Assembly: GCA_003220335.1 (NCBI GenBank)
Contig: QHSB01000061.1
Coordinates: forward strand, 1 to 46,628
DNA length: 46,628 nt
Source: Candidatus Rokuibacteriota bacterium
GTDB taxonomy: Bacteria > Methylomirabilota > Methylomirabilia > Rokubacteriales > CSP1-6
Direction of reading: 5' to 3'
In this document: positions 36,768-44,952 of the stretch, one piece after another
Position numbering within the stretch: position 1 is the first letter of the stretch
Layout: every line of letters begins with the position of its first letter
Notes under the pieces: generated by a model
The model's input: the letters and a program-made list of their open reading frames with translations, nothing else
What the model was told of the DNA's origin: nothing
Databases searched by the model: none
Made by a program: the position numbers and the translations under genes

Positions 36768-37301
36768 CAGGCGATCCCGAGCACGTCGTGCATGGAGTAG
36801 AGACCGGGCCCGCGGCCGGCAACCCAGCGTACCGCGCGCAGCGCCCCGCGCGCGAACATGTCGCGACTGTGGGCCTTGTGCGTCAGCTCCAGGCGCTCGC
36901 CGAGCGTGCCGAAGGACACCGTGTGCTCGCCGACCACGTCGCCCGAGCGGAGTGACATCACGCCGATCTCCTTGCCCGGGCGCTCGCCGGGCAGACCCTG
37001 CCGGCCGTACACGCCGACCTGCTTGAGATCGCGGCCGAGGGCCCGGGCGACGATCTCGGCCATGTGCAGGGCGGTGCCGCTCGGCGCGTCCTTCTTGTAG
37101 CGGTGGTGCGTCTCGGTGATCTCGACGTCGTAGTCGTCGCCGAGGACCTTCGCCATCGTCGCGAGGAGGGAAAAGGCCAGGGTGACGGCCACCGACATGC
37201 TGGGCGCCACGAGGATGGCGGCCTGGCGTGCGAGCGCGGCCATCTCCTCGCGCTGCGCGCCGGAGAAGCCGGTGGTGCCGATGACGGCGCGCCCGCCCGC
37301 G
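36767..37301 (-). pseudogene. dapB: 4-hydroxy-tetrahydrodipicolinate reductase, C-terminal part
   Basis: VIGTTGF, EITETHHRYKKDAPSGTA, RSGDVVGEHTV, FARGA; cut at 37301 by inverted-repeat arm 2. Confidence 0.9.
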
Positions 37302-37674
37302 CGTGCTGGGCTACACTGCGCTGAACGACGTCACGGCCCGGGACGTGCGCGTGCGCGAGGGCCGGACCGAGCGCGCCAAGGGCTTCGACTCGTTCTGTCC
37401 GCTCGGGCCGTGCATCGCCACCGACCTCGATCCGAGCGCGCTCAGCGTCGAGGGCCTCGTCAACGGCGTCGTGCGGCAGTCGGGCTCGACCAAGGACCTC
37501 ATCTTCCCCGTCGAGGACCTCGTGGCCCGCGTGTCCGAGGTGATGACGCTCGTGCCCGGCGACGTGATCGCCACCGGCACGCCCGCCGGCGCGGGCCGGC
37601 TTCAGCCCGGTGACCGCGTCGAGGTCCGCGTCGAAGGCGTCGGCTCGCTCAAGAATCCGGTCGTGAAGCTGTGA
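37302..37674 (+). pseudogene. 5'-truncated duplicate of the FAH-family gene
   Basis: Same protein sequence as the C-terminal 123 aa of 36009..36767. Confidence 0.9.
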
Positions 37675-38033
37675 CGGCCGATCGCCTGCGCCTCGAGGAC
37701 GTCCGCTTCTACGGCCACCACGGCGTGTCCACCGCGGAGCAGACGGTGGGCGTGTGGTTCTCGGTGGACGCAGAGCTCACGCTGGATCTCACGAGCGCCG
37801 CCGTCTCGGACGATCTCGCGTGCGCCGTCGACTACGGCCAGGTCGCGCGCCGCATCGTGGAGATCGGCACGCAGGGCCGCGTGAACCTCATCGAGCGGCT
37901 GGCCGGCCAGATCGCGCAGGCGCTGCTGCGGGAGTTCCCCGCCGAGGAAGTCCGGGTGCGCGTGCGCAAGCTGACGCCGCCGCTGCAGGGGCTCGTCGGC
38001 ACGCCGTCGGTCGAGCTGACGCGGCGACGCTGA
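37671..38033 (+). CDS. folB: Dihydroneopterin aldolase (duplicate copy)
   Basis: Same protein as 35650..36012. Confidence 0.85.
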   Translation: MTADRLRLEDVRFYGHHGVSTAEQTVGVWFSVDAELTLDLTSAAVSDDLACAVDYGQVARRIVEIGTQGRVNLIERLAGQIAQALLREFPAEEVRVRVRKLTPPLQGLVGTPSVELTRRR

Positions 38034-38581
38034 TGGCGCGCGTCTATCTCGGCCTCGGCAGCAACCTGGGCGACCGGCTCGACCTGCTGCGCTCGGCCGT
38101 GCGCCGCCTGCGCGAGAGCGGGGAGATCGCCGTGGTCGAGGCCTCGCCGCTCTACGAGTCGGAGCCGTGGGAGGAGGAGCCCGGTCGCACGGAACGCGAG
38201 CGGCGCTGGTATCTCAACTGCGTGGTGGCGATCGAGACCGCGCTGCCGCCGCGCGCGCTGCTCGGGCGGCTGCAGGCGATCGAGGACGCCCTCGGCCGCG
38301 TGCGGCCGCCGGGCACGCCGGAGGCGCGACGCTTCGCCGCGCGCACGCTGGACATCGACATCCTCTTCTACGGCGACGAGGTGATCAGCGGACCCGACGA
38401 CCTGCACGTGCCGCACCTGATGCTGGCCGAGCGCGCGTTCGTGCTGCGGCCGCTGGCCGACGTCGCGCCCGACCTCGAGCATCCGACGCTCTACGCGACC
38501 GTGCGCGAGCTGCTCGCCGATCTCGCCGACGAGCACACCGTCCGTGCCGGCGGTTATCCGGCGCGCTGGTTCGAGGACTGA
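38033..38581 (+). CDS. folK: FolK (duplicate copy)
   Basis: Same as 35102..35650 except LMLAER vs LMLSER. Confidence 0.85.
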   Translation: MARVYLGLGSNLGDRLDLLRSAVRRLRESGEIAVVEASPLYESEPWEEEPGRTERERRWYLNCVVAIETALPPRALLGRLQAIEDALGRVRPPGTPEARRFAARTLDIDILFYGDEVISGPDDLHVPHLMLAERAFVLRPLADVAPDLEHPTLYATVRELLADLADEHTVRAGGYPARWFED

Positions 38582-38584
38582 GGC

Positions 38585-39097
38585 GTGGCCGACGCCGACT
38601 TCCAGCGGCAGGCGCTCCAACACCTCGACGCGCTCTACAACTTCGCCGTGTATCTGACCCGCAACCCGCCGGAAGCGGATGACCTTGTTCAAGAAACGTA
38701 CCTGAGGGCCTTCCGCTTCTCGCACCGCTTCCAGCCGGGAACCCACCTCCGAGCGTGGATGTTTCAAATCTTGAGGAACACGTTTCTCACGTTTTACCGG
38801 CTACGCGAGCGTGAGACGGCGATCGCCGAGGACGGTGTCCCGGATTGGGACGTACCGATGTTCCACGACACATCGACGGATGAGGGAGGCGCCCTCGAGG
38901 CGCACACCGACCTCGAACGTGCCATGCGACACCTGCCCGAGGAATTCCGCACCGTGCTGCTGCTCGCGGAAGTCCAGGGAATGCCGCTCGAGGAAGTCGC
39001 CCGGGTGATGGCCTGCCCGGTCGGCACCGTGAAGTCGCGGATCTTCCGCGCCAAGGAGCGGCTGCGCGGTTTGCTGAAGGACTACGAGAAGAAATGA
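38585..39097 (+). CDS. ECF sigma factor (duplicate copy)
   Basis: Same protein as 34586..35098; one synonymous change noticed. Confidence 0.85.
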   Translation: MADADFQRQALQHLDALYNFAVYLTRNPPEADDLVQETYLRAFRFSHRFQPGTHLRAWMFQILRNTFLTFYRLRERETAIAEDGVPDWDVPMFHDTSTDEGGALEAHTDLERAMRHLPEEFRTVLLLAEVQGMPLEEVARVMACPVGTVKSRIFRAKERLRGLLKDYEKK

Positions 39098-39530
39098 GCG
39101 ACGAGCTGAGGGGTCCCGACGACGATGCGCTCGGACGCCGCCTGGCGTCCGAGCTACCGCGCTACACGGCGCCGGCGCGCTTGCGCGTCAGCCTCGTGGA
39201 GGCGACGGACCGTCCGCGACGGCCGATGTGGCTCGGCCCGCTCGTGGCCGCCGCCGCCACCGCGCTCGCCCTCGTGCTCTTCATGCTGCCCGTCCTGCCG
39301 CGCATCGTGCCCGCCGATCCCGTGCAGCAGGTCGTACGCGCCGTCGTCAACGAGCACTCGCGGGCGCTCATGTGGGGCGCGCGCCAGCCGCAGATCCTGC
39401 CGGCCGGCCTGCCGTGGCTGACGCAGGAGACGGGCATCGATCTCCGGCAGGCCTTCGCCGGCGACGACCGCCTGAGCCTGGTGAGCGCCGAGCCCGTGTA
39501 CCTCACGCGCCAGCGCGGCCTCGCCGTGCA
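39094..39530 (+). pseudogene. 3'-truncated duplicate of the anti-sigma gene
   Basis: Identical to 33888..34589 up to RQRGLAV, then reads into antisense dapB sequence (stop 39648). Confidence 0.88.
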
Positions 39531-39642
39531 GCGCGACGATGCGCGAGCCCATGCGCCCGGCCGCGCCGCCGATCACTATATTTACCGCCGGGGCGCCTTC
39601 GCGGGACTCCGGCGCCGCGGCGGTCGGGCGAATGTCGGTCAT
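39529..39642 (-). pseudogene. dapB: DapB N-terminal fragment
   Basis: MTDI-RPTAAAPESREGAPAVNI-VIGGAAGRMGSRIVAL, containing the Rossmann GAAGRMG motif of DapB; directly downstream of dapA. Confidence 0.85.
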
Positions 39643-39716
39643 CGGTGAATTATCGTTACCGCCGGGGCGCCTTCGCGGGGCTCCGGCGCCGCGGCGGTTG
39701 GGCGAAAATTGGTCAT
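39584..39716. repeat. Two tandem copies (74-bp period) of a palindromic GC-rich element
   Basis: ACCGCCGGGGCGCCTTCGCGGGRCTCCGGCGCCGCGGCGGT at 39584-39624 and 39658-39698; 14-bp stem with one mismatch and a 13-nt loop. Confidence 0.9.
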
Positions 39717-39738
39717 CGTGGCGCGAGGAACGCCGCGG

Positions 39739-40475
39739 CTACTTCACGAGCCCGTACGGCTTGAGCACGCCGCGCAGCGTCTCGCGATTGGCGTCGCTCA
39801 TGCGGCACATCGGCAGCCGGAACTCCGGCTCGAGCATGCCCGCCATCGCCATCGCTTCCTTGATGGGGATGGGGTTGGTCTCGAGGAACGCCACCCGCGC
39901 CAGCGGGAAGAGCCGGTGATGCAGCTCGCGCGCGCGCTTCCAGTCGTTGTCGAGCGCGGCGTGCACCATGTCCGCGGTGTCCTTTTCACGCCGCGCACGT
40001 TGTGGCAGTCGCGGGCCAGCCGGGCCATGGTCACCGTCTCGACGTTGATCGCCGTGCGGCTCTGGATGTTGTAGACGACGATCGGGATGGCCACCGACTC
40101 CGCCACCGCGCGGAAGTGCCGGTAGAGGCCCTCCTGCGTCGGCTTGTTGTAGTACGGGTTCACGACGAGCGCGCCGTCGGCGCCCGCGCGCTCGGCGTGC
40201 CGGGTCAGGTCGAGCGCCTCCGCGGTGGCGTTCGAGCCGGTGCCCGCCAGGACCTTGATGCGCTTGCGCGCGGCCTGGACCACGACCTCGATGACGCGCT
40301 TGTGCTCGTCGTGCGAGAGCGTCGGCGACTCGCCGGTGGTGCCGCAGGGGACGAGCCCGTCGGTACCGTTGGCCACGTGCAGCTCGACCAGCTCGCGCAG
40401 CTTCGCCTCGTCCACCTTGCCGTTCCGGAACGGCGTTACCAGCGCGACGAACGAACCGGTGAAGATCGGGTTCAT
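39739..40475 (-). pseudogene. dapA: 4-hydroxy-tetrahydrodipicolinate synthase with internal deletion and frameshift at ~39984
   Basis: ALVTPF, CGTTGES, AGTGSN, PYYNKPTQEGLY, YNI, up to catalytic NVRGVK; then jumps frame to KDTADMVHAA...ETNPIPIK...RLPM. The EASG...SGDD...GVISV segment is absent. Confidence 0.9.
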
Positions 40476-41752
40476 ACGGTCGTCTCCCCGGCCACCAGGT
40501 CTTCGAAGGTCTCCCGGCGGCGCACGATGGTGTAGCGATCGCCGTCCACGAGCACCTCGACGGGCCGCGGCCGCGTGTTGTAGTTGGACGCCATCGCGAA
40601 GCCGTAGGCGCCGGCGCTCAGGATGGCGAGCAGGTCGCCCTCCTCCGGCCGCGGCAGCGCGCGGTCCTTGGCGAAGAAGTCACCGGACTCGCAGATCGGT
40701 CCCACCACGTCCGCCGTCTCCACGGGGGCTCCGGCGGGTGCCTCGGCCACGGGCACGATGGCGTGATAGGAGTCGTAGAACGCCGGGCGCACGAGGTCGT
40801 TCATGGCCGCGTCGACGACCACGAACGTCTTCGCGTCCGTCGGCTTGTGGTAGAGCACGCGCGTGAGCAGCGCGCCCGCGTTGCCCACGATCGAGCGGCC
40901 CGGCTCGAGCAGCACGGTCACGCCGAGCTCCTTGAGGGCGGGCAGCAGCACGGTCGCGTACTCGGCGTGGGTCGGCGGCGTCTCGTCGTGGTACCGGATG
41001 CCGAGGCCGCCGCCGACGTCGATGGTGGTGATCTCGATGCGCCGCTCGCGCAGCTGCTTGACCAGCGCCGCCACGCGCGCCACCGCGTCGCCGAGCGGCG
41101 ACGTCTTGGTGAGCTGCGAGCCGATGTGCATGTCGGCGCCGACCACGTGGATGCCCGGCAGGCGCCCGGCCTCCTCGAACGCGGCCAGCGCCTGAGTGTA
41201 CGGGATGCCGAACTTCGCGCTCCGCAGCCCGGTGGCGATGTACGTGTGCGTCTGCGGGTCCACGTCGGGGTTCACGCGCAGCGCCACCGGCGCCCGCGTG
41301 CCCATCTCGCGCGCCACCTCGTCGAGCGCGCGGAGCTCGCCGACCGACTCCACGTTGAACAGGAGGATCTCGGCCTTGAGGGCGTCGCGCATCTCGTCGC
41401 GCGTCTTGCCGACGCCCGAGAAGATGATCTTCTTCGGCGCCACGCCCGCGCGCAGCGCGCGGTGCAGCTCGCCGCCCGAGACGATATCGGCGCCGGCGCC
41501 GACCTTGGCCAGCGTGGAAATCACCCCGAGATTCGAGTTCGCCTTGATCGAATAGCAAATGAGATGCGGGACGTCCTTGAACGCGTGGTCGTAGGCGGCG
41601 TAGCTCGCGAGCAGGGCGGCCTTCGAGTAGACGTAGGCGGGCGTGCCGACGGCGTCGGCGAGCTTCGTCAGCGGCAGCATCTCGCAGCAGAGCTGGCCGT
41701 GGCGATACGGGAAGTAGGTGGTGGGGGTCATGTGCAGGAAATCGTTGCGCAC
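40472..41752 (-). CDS. lysA: Diaminopimelate decarboxylase
   Basis: GTPAYVY, YSIKANSN (PLP lysine), DIVSGGE, RVNPDVD, KFG, HIGSQ, DVGGGLG, EPGRSIV, GPICESGD, GAYG..MASNYN; alternative ATG at 41731. Confidence 0.96.
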   Translation of the reverse strand: MRNDFLHMTPTTYFPYRHGQLCCEMLPLTKLADAVGTPAYVYSKAALLASYAAYDHAFKDVPHLICYSIKANSNLGVISTLAKVGAGADIVSGGELHRALRAGVAPKKIIFSGVGKTRDEMRDALKAEILLFNVESVGELRALDEVAREMGTRAPVALRVNPDVDPQTHTYIATGLRSAKFGIPYTQALAAFEEAGRLPGIHVVGADMHIGSQLTKTSPLGDAVARVAALVKQLRERRIEITTIDVGGGLGIRYHDETPPTHAEYATVLLPALKELGVTVLLEPGRSIVGNAGALLTRVLYHKPTDAKTFVVVDAAMNDLVRPAFYDSYHAIVPVAEAPAGAPVETADVVGPICESGDFFAKDRALPRPEEGDLLAILSAGAYGFAMASNYNTRPRPVEVLVDGDRYTIVRRRETFEDLVAGETTV

Positions 41753-41765
41753 CGAGGGCGGGAAG

Positions 41766-42851
41766 TCAAGGCACGGTGACGGTCACCTCGTTCGACGGAC
41801 GGCTCTCGTTGGCGCGCGCGCTGGCGTCCTGCGCGGTGACCAGGTAGCGGTAGGTGCCCGGCGGCACGCCGCGGTCCACGAACGTCGTCGTCGGCGGCCG
41901 CACGGAGCCGATGCGGGCCAGGGGCGCGCCCCGCGCGCCGCGGTAGACGACGTACGCGGCCACGTCGGGCTCCGGGCTCGGCCGCCATGACAGGCGCACC
42001 TCGCCGCGCGACGGCAGCGCGGCGAGATCGGTCACCGGCGCGGGCGGCGTCGTCTTCGTGGGCGTCACCGCGACACGCTCGCTGGCCTCGCCGGCGGCCG
42101 TGACCGTGCCCGCCGCGCGGATGGCGCGTACGGCGTAGTAATACGTCCGATCGTTCTCGACGCCGGGGTCCTCGAACGACGTGGTGCCGCGCGGCGTACG
42201 GCCGACCGGAGAGGGCTCGGCGCCGAGATCGCCGGCGCGCAGCACCTCGTACGCGAGCGGATCCGTCACGGGCGTGCCGTCGACGAGCCGCGTCGGCGGC
42301 TGCCAGGACAGGCGCGCGGTGTGGTCGCCGGGCTCTGCGCGCAGGGCCTGCGGCGCCTCCGGCGGCGCGACGTAGGTGATCGACACGCGGGCCGACGGCG
42401 GGCTCGTGCGGCCCTGCGCGTCGGTGGTGGTCGCCACGTAGGTATAGCGACGCCCGTAGGCGAGATCCCGGCGGTCGAGGTAGACGATGCGGTTGCCGCG
42501 AAGATAGGACGACGGCGGCTCTTGCAGGCGGAACGTCGCGATTTCCGTATAGCCGGCCACGCGATCGTGGCTCAGCAGCGCCGCCCGCGGATCGCCCTTG
42601 CCGGCGTCGTCCACGCGATAGAGCCGCGCGACGCCCGGCTCCAGGATCCGCTTGTGGCTGACGCGGCGGCCCGGCACCGTCCAGGCAACTTCGATGCCCG
42701 CCTCGCGCTCCGCGGCGGTCAGATCGCTGACGGCCTGCGGGACGGTGATCTCCGGCGGCAGGATCGCGCCGCGGCGCCCGCAGGCACCGAGCGCGAGCAC
42801 GACGAGCGCGGAGGAGGCGAGGGCGGCGGCGCGGCGGCGGCCGCCGGTCAC
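41766..42851 (-). CDS. Lipoprotein with fibronectin type III-like domains
   Basis: Lipobox LGAC followed by GRRGAILPP; repeated FN3 patterns (LSW..P, YEVLR, F.D, TYYYAVRA; LSW.PSPE, YVVYR, YRYLVTA.D, ES.PS). Confidence 0.82.
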   Translation of the reverse strand: MTGGRRRAAALASSALVVLALGACGRRGAILPPEITVPQAVSDLTAAEREAGIEVAWTVPGRRVSHKRILEPGVARLYRVDDAGKGDPRAALLSHDRVAGYTEIATFRLQEPPSSYLRGNRIVYLDRRDLAYGRRYTYVATTTDAQGRTSPPSARVSITYVAPPEAPQALRAEPGDHTARLSWQPPTRLVDGTPVTDPLAYEVLRAGDLGAEPSPVGRTPRGTTSFEDPGVENDRTYYYAVRAIRAAGTVTAAGEASERVAVTPTKTTPPAPVTDLAALPSRGEVRLSWRPSPEPDVAAYVVYRGARGAPLARIGSVRPPTTTFVDRGVPPGTYRYLVTAQDASARANESRPSNEVTVTVP

Positions 42852-44236
42852 GAGCCCACGAGCGCGCGCGCCTCGGCGAGCGCCTTCTGCACGGCCGCCG
42901 GCGCGGTGCCGCCCGTGACCGCGCGCGCCCGCAGCGAGGCCTCGACCGTCAGCGCCTCACGGACGTCGGCCTCGATGAGCGGCGAGAACCCGCGCAGCGC
43001 CTCCAGCGGCAGCGCCTCCAGCCCGACGCCGCGCTCCAGCGCATGGCGCACGGCCTTGCCGACCACCTCGTGCGCCTGGCGGAAGGGCAGGCCCTTGCGG
43101 ACGAGATAGTCGGCGAGGTCGGTGGCGGTGGCGTAGTGCTCGCCGGCGGCGGCGCGCATGCGATCGGTACGGAAGGTCAGCGAGCCGAGCAGCGGCGGCA
43201 GCACGCCGAGCACGGCGTGCAGGGTGTCCACGGAGTCGAAGAACGGCTCCTTGTCCTCCTGCATGTCGGAGTTGTAGGCGAGCGGCAACCCCTTCATCGT
43301 CGTGAGCACGGCCACGAGGTTGCCGTAGAGGCGCCCGCTCTTGCCGCGGATCAGCTCGGCCACGTCGGGGTTTTTCTTCTGCGGCATGATCGACGAGCCG
43401 GTGGCGAAGGCGTCGGCGAACTCGACGAAGCCGAACTCCGCCGTCGCCCACAGCGTGAGGTCGGCGGCCAGGCGTGAGAGGTGCATGCCGGTGATGGCCG
43501 CGGCCGCCAGGTACTCCAGGATGTAGTCGCGATCGCTCACCGCATCGAGGCTGTTCGACGTCACGCCCGCAAATCCCAGGTCGCGCGCGAGCGCCTCGCG
43601 GTCGATCGGGAACGCGGTGCCGGCCAGCGCTCCCGCGCCGAGCGGCAGCCGGTCGGCGCGGGTGGCGCAACCCGCCAGCCGCTCCCGATCGCGCTCGAAC
43701 ATGAAGACGTAGGCCAGCAGGTGGTGCGCGAGCAGGATCGGCTGCGCACGCTGCAGGTGCGTATAGCCGGGCATCGGCGCGTCCGTAGTCTCACCCGCGC
43801 GCGCGACCAGGGCGGCCTGCACGGCGCGCAGCCCCTCGCGCGCGCGCACGATCGCGTCCTTGAGATACATCCGCTCGTCCAGCGCGATCTGGTCGTTGCG
43901 CGAGCGGCCCGTGTGCAGCTTGCCGCCGACCTCGCCGACCAGCTCGACGAGTCGCCGCTCGACGTTCGTGTGGATGTCCTCGAGCTCGGGCCGGAACGGG
44001 AACGTGCCGGCCTCCAGCTCGGCGCGCACGGCCTCGAGGCCCTTCACGATCGCGTCGCGCTCGGCGTCGCTGAGCAGCCGCGCCCGCGCCAGCGCGCGCG
44101 CCCAGGCGATGCTGCCCGCGATGTCCTGCGGCCAGAGCCGCTGGTCGAACGCGAGCGAGCCGGTGAAGCGCTCGGCCGCCGGATCGGCCCCCTGCGAGAA
44201 CCGGCCGCCCCACGTCTTCTTCACGGCCGCCGCCAC
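42848..44236 (-). CDS. argH: Argininosuccinate lyase
   Basis: WGGRF, EDIH, GGKLHTGRSRNDQ, MPGYTHLQRAQP, TGSSIMPQKKNPD, YNSDMQEDKE, PFRQAH. Confidence 0.97.
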   Translation of the reverse strand: MAAAVKKTWGGRFSQGADPAAERFTGSLAFDQRLWPQDIAGSIAWARALARARLLSDAERDAIVKGLEAVRAELEAGTFPFRPELEDIHTNVERRLVELVGEVGGKLHTGRSRNDQIALDERMYLKDAIVRAREGLRAVQAALVARAGETTDAPMPGYTHLQRAQPILLAHHLLAYVFMFERDRERLAGCATRADRLPLGAGALAGTAFPIDREALARDLGFAGVTSNSLDAVSDRDYILEYLAAAAITGMHLSRLAADLTLWATAEFGFVEFADAFATGSSIMPQKKNPDVAELIRGKSGRLYGNLVAVLTTMKGLPLAYNSDMQEDKEPFFDSVDTLHAVLGVLPPLLGSLTFRTDRMRAAAGEHYATATDLADYLVRKGLPFRQAHEVVGKAVRHALERGVGLEALPLEALRGFSPLIEADVREALTVEASLRARAVTGGTAPAAVQKALAEARALVGS

Positions 44237-44240
44237 GCCG

Positions 44241-44909
44241 TCACGGCAGCAGCGCCGCGATGTCGGCCATGATGCACTCGGTCACGTCGCGCCGTGTCTC
44301 GCGCGCGGAGCCGCCGTTCGGCGAGAAGCGCCTCGGCGGGCCGAAGCGCACGCGCAGCGGTGTCGCCCGCGGCACGTAGAAGCGCCGTCCGCGCAGGGCC
44401 TCCCACGTGCCGCGGATGCCGGCCGGCACCACCGGCACCCCCGAGTGCAGCGCCAGCAGGGCCACGCCCGGCAGCCCGCGCTCGAGCCGGCCGCGCACGC
44501 TGAACGGCCCCTCGGGGAAGATGCCGACGACGCGCCCGCGCTCGAGCGCGGTGAGCGCCCGGCGCAGCGCCCCGACGTCGGCGCGATCGAGGTGGAGCGG
44601 GATCGAGCCGATGTGCCGGTGGAACGCCGGGTGCAAGGGCGTCGCGCGCCACACGCGCGGCATGACGAGGAACGCGATGGGGACCGGCACGCTGACGCCG
44701 AGGACCACCCCGTCGAGATAGTTGTGGTGGTTGGCCGCCACGAGGTACGGGCCGCGGCCGGGCAGATGCTCGGCGCCCTCCACGCTGAGCTGGAACCAGC
44801 GCTCGAGCGCGCCGCGCACGGGCGCCCGCAGCGCGCGGTACAGGAGGGGGAACACGGGCCACGCGCGACCGACATCGGGACTCGCAGGCAGCGCGGTCGA
44901 GCGCGACAT
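44241..44909 (-). CDS. 1-acyl-sn-glycerol-3-phosphate acyltransferase (PlsC family)
   Basis: NHHNYLD (HX4D), GIFPEG, GVALLAL..GVPVVP. Confidence 0.88.
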   Translation of the reverse strand: MSRSTALPASPDVGRAWPVFPLLYRALRAPVRGALERWFQLSVEGAEHLPGRGPYLVAANHHNYLDGVVLGVSVPVPIAFLVMPRVWRATPLHPAFHRHIGSIPLHLDRADVGALRRALTALERGRVVGIFPEGPFSVRGRLERGLPGVALLALHSGVPVVPAGIRGTWEALRGRRFYVPRATPLRVRFGPPRRFSPNGGSARETRRDVTECIMADIAALLP

Positions 44910-44952
44910 TCCGGGATTTATAGCATGCTCCCCGGGGACGTTCTACCGCCGG

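Larger units (their letters stand above)
37302..39530. repeat. 2229-bp inverted repeat, arm 2, located inside dapB
   Basis: Reverse complement of 34153-36381; flanked on both sides by dapB sequence. Confidence 0.97.

Noticed and set aside
34153-39530. Inverted repeats as a composite transposon or a programmed invertible switch
   Set aside because: The arms are ordinary housekeeping genes cut mid-gene, with no transposase, recombinase or target duplication; inverting the spacer would not restore dapB.
39584-39716. Two near-identical palindromic repeats separated by ~33 bp, resembling a mini CRISPR array
   Set aside because: Only two units, similarity extends into the supposed spacer (tandem duplication), one copy is inside dapB coding sequence, and no cas genes are present.
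39969-40000. Programmed ribosomal frameshift in dapA (short A-run at the junction)
   Set aside because: About 50 conserved residues are physically missing, so a frameshift could not produce a functional enzyme.
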